Shown here: piece after piece, positions 27,939-36,668 of the stretch
Numbering within the stretch: the first letter of the stretch is position 1
Layout: the number at the start of each line of letters is the position of its first letter
NCBI GenBank assembly: GCA_964642015.1
Contig: CAZXLF010000001.1
Coordinates: 368,168-432,167 of the forward strand
Length of the DNA stretch: 64,000 nucleotides
Reading direction: 5' to 3'
From: an uncultured Planctomycetia bacterium
GTDB taxonomy: Bacteria; Omnitrophota; Gorgyraeia; 2-02-FULL-51-18
The notes under the pieces: model-generated
Told to the model about the DNA's origin: nothing
The model's input: the letters and a program-made list of their open reading frames with translations, nothing else
Databases searched by the model: none
Translations under genes and position numbers: made by a program

Positions 27939-28748
27939 ATGAAACCGATCAAGGCAAAGACAAAAAAGAAGCCGAACAGCTCTAGATTTTCTGTAAAATT
28001 AGCGGTTGGCGCTCAGAAATTTCTTCTGGCGTCCGCGCCCTATATCATTTCTTTGGCTGTCATTGGGATCTTTTTCGGCGGTGTCATTGCCTATGCGTTA
28101 AATTCGCCGGCATTTCAATTGCAAGAGGTCAAGATCCTCAATATTGGGACCATGACGCCCGAGCAATCTTTTAGATTCTGCGGGTTGAATCCGGGTGAAA
28201 ATTTGATTACGCTTGATCTGGTGAGCGTTCAACAGATGATCAAAAGGAGCCACCAGGAATATAAAGAGGTTTTGGTCCGTAGAGTGCTTCCGAACCGCAT
28301 CGAGGTGGTGCTGAAACGCCGTACGCCGGTTGCCCAGGTGCAATACGCGCGCTTTGTGCAGGTAGATAAGGATCTTGTGATTCTGCCCGGCTCAAGTACG
28401 ACGCCGTTCAAAAACCTTACGAGCATTGAGGGAGCTGCTTTGCCGGGTGAGGGGCTTTATGTGGGTGCGTCAATATCAGATGCAAACGCAAAAAAAGCTA
28501 TTAAACTTGTCGAAATGATCAAACAATCCAACATCTTAAGGAATCATGCACTGACAAAGATCGACATAGGCGATCCCAAGAATATTTCACTCTTTGTAGA
28601 TTCGGATATTGAGATCCGCATTGGAAACAGTCATATCATCGAGCGGCTCAAAATACTGAATCAGACATTAAAGACTGTGACGCTGGACCGCTCGAAAGTC
28701 CGTTATATCGATCTGCGATTTGATGATGTCGTAATCGGCCCGCGATGA
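27939..28748 (+). CDS. ftsQ: Cell division protein FtsQ/DivIB
   Basis: TM helix, POTRA-like region (VRRVLPNRIEV...RTPVA), C-terminal YIDLRF. Confidence 0.9.
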   Translation: MKPIKAKTKKKPNSSRFSVKLAVGAQKFLLASAPYIISLAVIGIFFGGVIAYALNSPAFQLQEVKILNIGTMTPEQSFRFCGLNPGENLITLDLVSVQQMIKRSHQEYKEVLVRRVLPNRIEVVLKRRTPVAQVQYARFVQVDKDLVILPGSSTTPFKNLTSIEGAALPGEGLYVGASISDANAKKAIKLVEMIKQSNILRNHALTKIDIGDPKNISLFVDSDIEIRIGNSHIIERLKILNQTLKTVTLDRSKVRYIDLRFDDVVIGPR

Positions 28749-29794
28749 ATCTGGTCAAAAAAATCTATTCCAAGAATATCGTATCAATCCTGGATTATGG
28801 CGCCGAGTCGGTGATCGTTTTAGTGGGTGAAAAAGAGGAAGGCGGCAATTTCACGATCATCGGGGCCGGGAACGCTGCCTCGCAAGGAATAAGAGAGGGA
28901 GAGATTGTCCATAGGAGCGACGCCGCCGAATCTATCGTTGAAGCCTTAAAAAAAGCCGAAAGATCTTCAGGGCTTAAAATAGAAAAGTTGTATTATAATT
29001 TCGATGACGGTCAGATGCAGTCTGTTTTCATGAAAGGCTCAAAAGTTTTAGATGGAGAAGGGGAGATCCGCTCTCTTGACATAGAGGCGGCCAGAAAGCT
29101 TGGTGAACGTCTTGCCGGCGATTTTGAAAGAAGCGCGATCTATTCAGCCGAGGTGCGGTATATTATCGATGACCGTGATGATGTCGTTGATCCCATCGGA
29201 GTTTATGGTAAAAAGCTGGATGTTCTAGTTCACATCCTTCAAGCGCGTTCGGGTTACTTAGATGAATGGAATTGTCTGATACAACGCGCCCAGCTTTTTG
29301 GATATACCCCGGTGTTCTCTTGCTGGTCCACGGCGTACGGTATTTTGGGCAAAGACGACCGGTTAAAGCGGAGATTGATCGTAGATATGGGTAGGGATTA
29401 TTTAAATGTTTTTATTTTTTGCAATGGTAAAATAACCGCTCACAGGATCAAAACAGTATTTGGAGAAAATCCTGCGTCGATCGCTCAACAAGCCGTTTTA
29501 CTAGCGAATGAGCTTATTCCATTAAATCCTGTCGTAGAAGAGACGCTGGTGACGGGAGACTGCGCCCAGGAACCGTCTGTTTTTAATGAATTTGAGGGTA
29601 AGATGCCTATGCCGCTCAAAGTCGCGGTTCCGACGAATATTCCAAAGCTCAGTCATCCAAAATACGCATCTGCCATTGGGCTCTTGTCTGTGGCAGAGGA
29701 AATTGAATCGAAAATGCCGATCTTACGTACCGAACGAGGTATTTTGTCAAACGCAAAACAGAAGGCATTATCGTTCATTAACGAGTATTTTTAG
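28745..29794 (+). CDS. ftsA: Divergent, shortened FtsA homologue
   Basis: Follows ftsQ. SQGIREGEIV, AERSSG, DPIGVYGKKL, IVDMG, YASAIGLL, and C-terminal amphipathic helix ALSFINEYF. Only 349 aa. Confidence 0.85.
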   Translation: MNLVKKIYSKNIVSILDYGAESVIVLVGEKEEGGNFTIIGAGNAASQGIREGEIVHRSDAAESIVEALKKAERSSGLKIEKLYYNFDDGQMQSVFMKGSKVLDGEGEIRSLDIEAARKLGERLAGDFERSAIYSAEVRYIIDDRDDVVDPIGVYGKKLDVLVHILQARSGYLDEWNCLIQRAQLFGYTPVFSCWSTAYGILGKDDRLKRRLIVDMGRDYLNVFIFCNGKITAHRIKTVFGENPASIAQQAVLLANELIPLNPVVEETLVTGDCAQEPSVFNEFEGKMPMPLKVAVPTNIPKLSHPKYASAIGLLSVAEEIESKMPILRTERGILSNAKQKALSFINEYF

Positions 29795-29815
29795 AATTTC
29801 AAGAAAGGATTCATC

Positions 29816-31027
29816 TTGCATCGCAGTTCTATCCCTGAAATACTTTCTGACTTGAGAAAAGGAAGGCTTATCATCGTCATTGATGATGAAGATCGCGAGA
29901 ATGAGGGTGATCTTGTCGTCGCAGCGGAGTTTGCCACGCCAAGTCATGTTAATTTTATGGCCAAACATGGACGCGGCATCATCTGTGTACCGATGGAATC
30001 CAAGCGTTTGCAGGAACTAGGTATTGACCTGATGGTGTCCACAAATGAAGACGAAATGAAGACTGCGTGGACTGTTTCCATTGATGTCAAACGCGGGATC
30101 ACAACAGGTGTTTCTGCTTATGACAGATCAAAAACAATCAAGGCTTTGATCAATCCAAAAACCGGGAAGAACGATCTGGCGAGACCGGGGCATATATTTC
30201 CTCTGCGAGCCAGAAGCGGGGGCGTACTTGTGAGAGCCGGTCACACGGAGGCTTGTGTGGACCTAATGAAGCTCGCAGGTCTTTATCCGTCAGGGGCCAT
30301 TTGCGAGATCATGAATGATGACGGCAGTATGGCCCGTACGCCTGAGCTGATATCTTTTGCGAAACAGCACAAGCTCAAAATTTGCACGATCCGCGACTTG
30401 ATTGAATATCGCCGGAAAAAAGAAAAACTTATCTTCAAAGCGGTCGAAACAAAGATCCTGAATGAATATGGCGAATTCAAACTTGTGGCCTACGAATCCA
30501 GCGTGGATAAAGATTATCACGTTGCTTTAGTCATGGGTGCCTTGGATCCGCATAAAGAGATTCTAGTGCGTGTGCATTCTGAATGTTTTACGGGCGATGT
30601 GCTCGGATCGAAGCGCTGTGATTGCGGCGAGCAGCTTCACAATGCGTTGAAAATGATCGCAAAAGAAAGAACGGGCGTTCTTCTTTATATGAGGCAGGAG
30701 GGGCGGGGCATCGGGCTTATCAATAAGTTGAAAGCGTATCAATTACAGGACAAAGGCCTGGATACGGTCGAGGCAAATCAGAAATTGGGTTTTCCGGCGG
30801 ATCTGCGTCATTATGGTGTCGGAGCACAGATCTTGGCCGATCTGGGTATCAAAAAAATAAGACTTTTAACGAATAATCCTAAAAAAATCGTAGGGTTGGA
30901 AGGTTACGGTCTTAAAGTGACGGAGCGTGTCCCCATTCAGATCAAGCCGACCACCCACAATAAAAAATATCTCCATGCAAAGAAGAAAAAATTGGGCCAC
31001 TTTTTGGATATCATCAACCGTGGATAA
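29816..31027 (+). CDS. ribBA: Bifunctional DHBP synthase / GTP cyclohydrolase II
   Basis: [27 protein letters not shown]...[18 protein letters not shown]. Confidence 0.98.
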   Translation: MHRSSIPEILSDLRKGRLIIVIDDEDRENEGDLVVAAEFATPSHVNFMAKHGRGIICVPMESKRLQELGIDLMVSTNEDEMKTAWTVSIDVKRGITTGVSAYDRSKTIKALINPKTGKNDLARPGHIFPLRARSGGVLVRAGHTEACVDLMKLAGLYPSGAICEIMNDDGSMARTPELISFAKQHKLKICTIRDLIEYRRKKEKLIFKAVETKILNEYGEFKLVAYESSVDKDYHVALVMGALDPHKEILVRVHSECFTGDVLGSKRCDCGEQLHNALKMIAKERTGVLLYMRQEGRGIGLINKLKAYQLQDKGLDTVEANQKLGFPADLRHYGVGAQILADLGIKKIRLLTNNPKKIVGLEGYGLKVTERVPIQIKPTTHNKKYLHAKKKKLGHFLDIINRG

Positions 31028-31037
31028 AAAAAGAGCG

Positions 31038-31532
31038 ATGAAAAACGGTTCTGTTAAACATGTGAAAGGAAGTTTTCTTGCGAAGGGAAGGAAATTCGCG
31101 ATCATTGTTGCCAGATTCAATGAATATTTGACTCGCCAGCTTTTGGATGCGGCATTGGACACACTTTTAAGACACGGTACAGCAGAAAAGGATATTCAAG
31201 TTATCCACGTGCCGGGTGCGTTCGAGATTCCGTTGGTCGCAAAAAAAGTCACCAATAAGAAGAAAGTGCATGCGGTGATCGCGCTGGCGGTAATTATCCG
31301 TGGTCAGACCCGCCATTTTGAACAAGTTGCCACTCAAACCGCAAGAGGTTTGAGGGAAGTCTCTTTGCATAGCGAAATCCCGGTGATTTTGGGAGTCATT
31401 CCGGCTGAATCTGAGGCGGATGCGATCGCAAGAGTTGGCATTAAACAGGCGAATAAAGGGCGCGAATATGCTTTATCGGCGATCGAAATGGCCAATCTGA
31501 TGCGTCATCCTTCCTTGTTGAAAGGACGATGA
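31038..31532 (+). CDS. ribH: 6,7-dimethyl-8-ribityllumazine synthase
   Basis: IIVARFNEY, VPGAFEIP, IRGQTRHF, NKGRE..SAIEM. ATG 31038 preferred over 30927. Confidence 0.95.
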   Translation: MKNGSVKHVKGSFLAKGRKFAIIVARFNEYLTRQLLDAALDTLLRHGTAEKDIQVIHVPGAFEIPLVAKKVTNKKKVHAVIALAVIIRGQTRHFEQVATQTARGLREVSLHSEIPVILGVIPAESEADAIARVGIKQANKGREYALSAIEMANLMRHPSLLKGR

Positions 31533-31990
31533 TGAGAAAACGTACGCGTAGCAGGGAATTCGCGCTCCAGATCCTGTATCAGATCGATATCAACCACCTT
31601 GATGTTTCCGATGTGTTGGATGACTTTTGGAAAGATCGGTCGGATCTGGCATTGTCCGATAAGGAGAAAGAGGTGATCGAGCTTGATAAAAAAGATCCCG
31701 AGATACGGCAATATGCTGAAAAATTAGTGCGAGGTACCTTAGAGAAATTGGAAATGCTGGACAAAATCATCGAACGCTTTGCCGAGCATTGGGAGATCGG
31801 CCGTATGGCCTATGTGGATAGGAACATCATGAGATTATCGGCTTATGAATTGTTGTGTATTGATGATATCCCTGTCAAAGTCGCCATCAATGAGGCTGTT
31901 GAGCTTGCCAAGCGATATGGCGAGCCAGATTCCTCCAAGTTTGTCAACGGCATCCTGGACCGGATCGCCAAGACCGAGTGCCATAAATAG
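31529..31990 (+). CDS. nusB: Transcription antitermination factor NusB
   Basis: RTRSREFALQILY, VDRNIMR, VAINEAVELAK.Y, FVNGILD. Confidence 0.96.
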   Translation: MMRKRTRSREFALQILYQIDINHLDVSDVLDDFWKDRSDLALSDKEKEVIELDKKDPEIRQYAEKLVRGTLEKLEMLDKIIERFAEHWEIGRMAYVDRNIMRLSAYELLCIDDIPVKVAINEAVELAKRYGEPDSSKFVNGILDRIAKTECHK

Positions 31991-32012
31991 ATTTTCCTCA
32001 TTCTGAGATTCT

Positions 32013-33107
32013 ATGAATAAAAATTTAGATTTATATTTTATGAAACAGGCTTTTGAGTTAGCCAAAAAAGGTGTGGGCAGTGTGCATCCAAATCCCTTGG
32101 TTGGCGCTGTTGTTGTAAAAGAAAAGAAGATTATTGGTCGGGGATTTCATGCGAAATATGGCGGGCCACATGCAGAAGTCAACGCTATTTTATCTTCCAA
32201 AAGCAAGGTTAACGGAGCTACGCTTTATGTGACGCTTGAACCATGCTCGCATTTCGGAAAGACGCCGCCTTGCGACGAATTTATTATTCAAAATAATATC
32301 AAAGAGGTCGTCATAGGCGCAAATGATCCCAATCCGCTTGTTTCAGGAAAAGGCGTCAGTCGTTTAAGAAAAGCCGGAGTACGGATAAGATACGGGATTT
32401 TGAAGGAAGAATGTATCTCATTGAACAGGGACTACAACCACTGGATAAAACATAAGATGCCGTACGCGATCATCAAGGTCGCTCAGAGCATTGACGGTAA
32501 GATAGCAACCAAAAGCGGGGAGTCTCAGTGGATCAGCGGTGAAGCGTCACGGCGCTTTTCGCAGAAATTGAGGGCCGGATCCGATGCGATCCTCGTCGGC
32601 GCAAATACCGTACTGAAAGATGATCCGGCTCTCAGTGTTAGGCTCGGCAAAAGAGTTCGCCAACCGTTAAAAGTCATTCTAGATAGTTATCTGCGAATTT
32701 CACCTAACGCTAAAATCTTTTCCGCAAAATCCAAGGGATCGGTTCTGATTGCTGTGAGTAAAAAAGCAAGCAGATTGAGGATAAAAAAATTTCAAAACAA
32801 AGCAGAGGTTGTACTGCTAAAAGAAAAAAAAGGCAGGGTCGACTTGCGATCGTTGATGATGATTTTGGGAAAGAAGGGAATAGTTCGTGTTTTAATTGAA
32901 GGCGGTGGAGAGGTTGTTGCATCGGCGATAGAGGGGAGGCTGGTACAAGAAGTGTATTTTTTTCTTTCTCCAAAGATCATTGGCGGTAAAGAAGCTGTCA
33001 GCTCAGTTGCCGGACCCGGTATTAGGTTTTTAAGGGATGCTCCGAAGATCAAGGAGAGCAAAGTTATACGCATTGGTGATGATTATTTGATTCAGGGAAG
33101 GATATAG
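32013..33107 (+). CDS. ribD: Riboflavin deaminase/reductase RibD
   Basis: PNPLVG, HAE, TLEPCSHFGKTPPC, SIDGKIA, IEGGG. Confidence 0.97.
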   Translation: MNKNLDLYFMKQAFELAKKGVGSVHPNPLVGAVVVKEKKIIGRGFHAKYGGPHAEVNAILSSKSKVNGATLYVTLEPCSHFGKTPPCDEFIIQNNIKEVVIGANDPNPLVSGKGVSRLRKAGVRIRYGILKEECISLNRDYNHWIKHKMPYAIIKVAQSIDGKIATKSGESQWISGEASRRFSQKLRAGSDAILVGANTVLKDDPALSVRLGKRVRQPLKVILDSYLRISPNAKIFSAKSKGSVLIAVSKKASRLRIKKFQNKAEVVLLKEKKGRVDLRSLMMILGKKGIVRVLIEGGGEVVASAIEGRLVQEVYFFLSPKIIGGKEAVSSVAGPGIRFLRDAPKIKESKVIRIGDDYLIQGRI

Positions 33108-33108
33108 C

Positions 33109-33708
33109 GTGTTTACGGGTCTTGTTGAAGCGAAAGGAATTGTGAATTCGTGCAAAGCGTTACCAGGACGAAGATCATTGCGTCTCGAAGTCAATGTTTC
33201 TGAGCTATCCAAAGGAATTAGGATCGGAGGCAGTCTTTGTGTGAACGGTGTCTGCTTGACTGTGATCAGAAAGTCCGGAAATAATATTTGTTTTGATCTG
33301 CTGAGCGAAACAAAAAAAAAGAGTAATTTACCCTATTTGAAGAAGGGCGACATAGTCAATCTGGAACTTCCTTTAAAAGCCGGCAGCCGTTTGGAAGGAC
33401 ACTTGGTGCAGGGGCATGTTGAGGGTGTAGGGATGATCAGGCAGATCAGGCCGAACGAAAGAGAAAAGAGCTTTCTTGTGTCTTTCCCGATCGCGCTCAG
33501 ATCATTCATTTTTGAAAAAGGCTCGATAGCGTTAAATGGGGTCAGTTTAACGATAGGGAAGGTTCGTCGGAATAATTTCTGGGTCCATTGTGTCTCACAC
33601 ACGCTTAAGTCCACCAATTTTAAAGACTTCCAAAAAGGAACGAAAGTCAATCTAGAAACGGATATCTTAGCAAAAATGGCGGCGCGGGGAAGGGCCAAAG
33701 TCCATTGA
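33109..33708 (+). CDS. ribE: Riboflavin synthase
   Basis: MFTGLVE, VNGVCLTV, GHLVQGHV, GSIALNGVSLT, VNLETD. Confidence 0.96.
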   Translation: MFTGLVEAKGIVNSCKALPGRRSLRLEVNVSELSKGIRIGGSLCVNGVCLTVIRKSGNNICFDLLSETKKKSNLPYLKKGDIVNLELPLKAGSRLEGHLVQGHVEGVGMIRQIRPNEREKSFLVSFPIALRSFIFEKGSIALNGVSLTIGKVRRNNFWVHCVSHTLKSTNFKDFQKGTKVNLETDILAKMAARGRAKVH

Positions 33709-33769
33709 CAACGGCAGTTCAAGCATTATAAGCTATAACAATTCGAATAGGTCCATAAAACGAATAAAA

Positions 33770-34762
33770 ATGAGAAAAATCCTATCTACAATTTTCATCG
33801 TTTCTTTTATTTTTGTTTCCGCTGGGGAATCTTACGCTTCTTGGATATGGAGTCCTGATATAGGAAAATGGATCAATCCCAAAAAGGCCGCCAAAGATAC
33901 GCCGGAAGAGCAGTTTAACTGGGCACTAGAATTCTACAATATTAATAATCTGGATAGGGCCATTGAAGAATTTGAGAAACTCCCAGCCAACTTCCCTAAT
34001 TCTCGTCTTTCCGCTGAAGGAGTTTATTATATTGGGCTCTGTTGGCAGCAAAAAGGGGATCTTGCCAAAGCAGCCGACGCATATCAAAGAATGATAGACC
34101 ATTATCCTTATAGCGACCGCATCAAAGATGCGGTCAAACGGGAATTTGATATTGCGAATGAATTTGCCAATGGCAGCAAAGTCAAAGTGTTGGGCGTGCC
34201 TGCGCTTCCGGGGCAGGATAAAGCGCTTGAGCTTTACAAGCACATTGTGAAAAATGCGCCGTTCGGCACTTATGGTGATCAGGCCCAATTTAAAATTGGC
34301 GATCTATATAAATCTCAAGGCGAATATGAAGATGCTCAGAAAGCCTATCAGATGGTCGTTGATGATTATCCCAATTCGGACCTTGTGACCAAAGCGCGTT
34401 ATGAAATAGCGGATTGCTCTATGGAGGCGTCCAAGAAAGCTCAGTATGACGAGAAAGCCGCTCAGCGTGCGATCGAGGAATATCAGGGTTTCAAGCAGAA
34501 TTTCCCTGAGAACAAGCAGGCAGTCGAAGCTGATGAGGCGATCAAGGCTCTGAGAGAGAAGAACGCGATGACAAATCTTGAGACAGCCGCATTTTATGAA
34601 AAACAAAAAAAGTATAAAAGCGCCGAGGTTTATTATGAGGAGATCGTCCGTCAATATCCTGAAACACCTGCGGCGGAACAGGCAAAAAAACGTATGGAAG
34701 AAATTGTTAAGAACGACAATGAATCTGCGAAACCTTCCAAGCCATGGTATCGAATATGGTAA
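33770..34762 (+). CDS. bamD: Outer membrane assembly factor BamD-like TPR protein
   Basis: Signal peptide, WIWSP..GKWINPK, TPR repeats, YPxS motifs; directly upstream of lptE. Confidence 0.75.
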   Translation: MRKILSTIFIVSFIFVSAGESYASWIWSPDIGKWINPKKAAKDTPEEQFNWALEFYNINNLDRAIEEFEKLPANFPNSRLSAEGVYYIGLCWQQKGDLAKAADAYQRMIDHYPYSDRIKDAVKREFDIANEFANGSKVKVLGVPALPGQDKALELYKHIVKNAPFGTYGDQAQFKIGDLYKSQGEYEDAQKAYQMVVDDYPNSDLVTKARYEIADCSMEASKKAQYDEKAAQRAIEEYQGFKQNFPENKQAVEADEAIKALREKNAMTNLETAAFYEKQKKYKSAEVYYEEIVRQYPETPAAEQAKKRMEEIVKNDNESAKPSKPWYRIW

Positions 34763-35319
34763 AACATTTTAAACGTCCGGCAATATTTTTCACATCAGCT
34801 CTTCTGTTATTCATTTCGTTCTATATTTCCGGATGCGGGTATACAACAAAGACCGTTTTACCTGACAATATAAAAACGATCCATGTCGCGCCTATAAAAA
34901 ATGCGATCGATCTGTCAGGTGAGATCAGCGATAAGAGCCGTTTCAGGGTTTATCGTCCCGGCGTGGAGGTCGATGTCACTAATGCGATCATTAATCGTTT
35001 TATTTTCGACGGAAACTTGAAGGTTGTGGCCAAACCGAAAGCCGACGCGGTGCTCGAAGCGAAACTGGTGGATTATCGTCGCGATCCGCTGCGTTACAGC
35101 GACTCTGATGATATCCAAGAGTACCGGCTCAGCGTGACTATTGATGCCATTGTTTATCTTGCCAAGGATCATAAAGTACTTTGGCATGAGACTGTATTGA
35201 CTGGGGACACCAGTTTCTTTCTGTCAGGCCCGCGTGCGTTAAGCGAAGATGAAGCAGTCGCAAAAGCGGTGGATGATCTTGCTCGCCGTGTGGTAGACAA
35301 GACGATCGAAGCATGGTGA
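34756..35319 (+). CDS. lptE: LPS assembly lipoprotein LptE family
   Basis: Lipobox ISGC followed by GY, KTIHVAPIKN, C-terminal LARRVV; upstream of holA. Confidence 0.8.
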   Translation: MVKHFKRPAIFFTSALLLFISFYISGCGYTTKTVLPDNIKTIHVAPIKNAIDLSGEISDKSRFRVYRPGVEVDVTNAIINRFIFDGNLKVVAKPKADAVLEAKLVDYRRDPLRYSDSDDIQEYRLSVTIDAIVYLAKDHKVLWHETVLTGDTSFFLSGPRALSEDEAVAKAVDDLARRVVDKTIEAW

Positions 35320-36293
35320 GTGTTGCGCCGGATTCCAAAGGTGGCGCTTATCTTCTGTACGGCCGGGAAGAATTCCTCAAAAGAGAATTTATTCAGCAGT
35401 TGCGTGCAAGTCTTTTCACAAATCCCCAAGATCTTGATATGGGATTCAGGCGTTTTGAAGCCCCCGATGATTCTGCGCATGCATTGATCGATTTTGCGGG
35501 GTCAGTCTCTTTTTTTAGCACAAGAAAATTGGCCGTATTTTGGGGAATTGATGAACTGGAAGAGCAAGACAAAGAACTTCTTCTGAATTACGCGAAACAG
35601 GTTCCCTCAAACACTTTCCTTGTATTTGTATCCGAAGAATCGAGCATTAAGAAGGATCATTTTTTAAAGGTCCTGTCAGAAAATGCCAAAGCGACGCCAT
35701 GCCATCTCCCTTTTGATAAAGATTTGCCTCAATGGATTGAAGCTCGTTTTAGAAGGTCCAAGAAAACGGTGAGCCGCGAGGCTATACCGCTGGTTCTTGA
35801 AAGGGCCGGAAAAGATGCCGCATTGCTGAGTTCGGCGATAGAGCAGTTGATCATTTATGTCAATGAACGTACGCATGTCACGTTTTCGGATGTTGAGAAA
35901 CTATTGGGCAGATCGGTGCAATCTGACGTTTTTGAACTGATCGATAGATTGTTTGATAAAAAACTCAAATCTTCTTTGGAAATTTTGGATGATCTGCTTC
36001 GTGAAGGGACCAAGATTTACGAGATTGTCGGTGCGCTAGCGGGGCAGTTTGAACGCATCGCAAGGATTCGCGCTTTAATGGATGAAGGTTTTTCTCAGGA
36101 AACGATCATCGAGGATCTGAGGCTTCACCCGTTTTTCGCTGCCAAGATTCTGAAACAGGCGGGGCAGGTCTCTCAAGAACGAATTCGCAAATTCAGATCA
36201 GATCTGCTCGAGTGCGACAGAGACGTAAAAACCGGCAGACTGTCCGATCGCATGGCCTTACAGAGATTCCTGCTTAAGACATACCTTGCATGA
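35313..36293 (+). CDS. holA: DNA polymerase III delta subunit
   Basis: YLLYGREEFL, SFFSTRKL, IEQLIIY, DVFELID, HPFFA, DRDVKTG. Confidence 0.92.
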   Translation: MVSVAPDSKGGAYLLYGREEFLKREFIQQLRASLFTNPQDLDMGFRRFEAPDDSAHALIDFAGSVSFFSTRKLAVFWGIDELEEQDKELLLNYAKQVPSNTFLVFVSEESSIKKDHFLKVLSENAKATPCHLPFDKDLPQWIEARFRRSKKTVSREAIPLVLERAGKDAALLSSAIEQLIIYVNERTHVTFSDVEKLLGRSVQSDVFELIDRLFDKKLKSSLEILDDLLREGTKIYEIVGALAGQFERIARIRALMDEGFSQETIIEDLRLHPFFAAKILKQAGQVSQERIRKFRSDLLECDRDVKTGRLSDRMALQRFLLKTYLA

Positions 36294-36309
36294 AGCGAGC
36301 CGGGGTCTT

Positions 36310-36594
36310 TTATTTGATCTTGGAGTTCTGAGGTTTAAGCGAGTTGATCTTGAGGCTGATCCGTGATTTCCGGCGTGAGGCCAGATTTTTGTGGATGATG
36401 CCTTTTTTAACCGCTTTATCCAGCTTAGAAAACAGCAGTCTCGATTCTTTGACGGCCTCATCGGCCTTTTTTTCCAGGATCAAGCTGTTGACCCTGCGGT
36501 TGACTGTTTTCAGTTCTGAAATGATCCGCACATTGACGGCCCGGCGTCGTTTATCGATGCGGATTTTTTTTATGGATGATCTGCGATGTGCCAT
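36310..36594 (-). CDS. rpsT: 30S ribosomal protein S20
   Basis: MAHRRSSIKKIR and LDKAVKKGIIHKNLASRRKSR. Confidence 0.96.
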   Translation of the reverse strand: MAHRRSSIKKIRIDKRRRAVNVRIISELKTVNRRVNSLILEKKADEAVKESRLLFSKLDKAVKKGIIHKNLASRRKSRISLKINSLKPQNSKIK

Positions 36595-36639
36595 GGAATC
36601 CTTAGTTATAAGTTATGTTTGTGTTGAACCAAGCGCCAC

Positions 36640-36668
36640 ATTCTACAGAAAATAGTATTTGATGTCAA
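36640..36668 (-). promoter_or_regulatory. sigma70 promoter of rpsT, overlapping the murJ start codon
   Basis: Minus strand: TTGACA (36663-36668), 17 nt, TAGAAT (36640-36645). Confidence 0.7.

Noticed and set aside
30927-31037. Long upstream starts for ribH (30927), uvrC (38116) and ilvE (50035) in the ORF track
   Set aside because: Each overlaps the upstream gene extensively; downstream ATGs match the family N-termini.
31201-31209. DnaA-box-like 9-mers (here, near 31873 and near 57301)
   Set aside because: Isolated, mismatched and within or at coding sequence; no cluster or AT-rich unwinding element.
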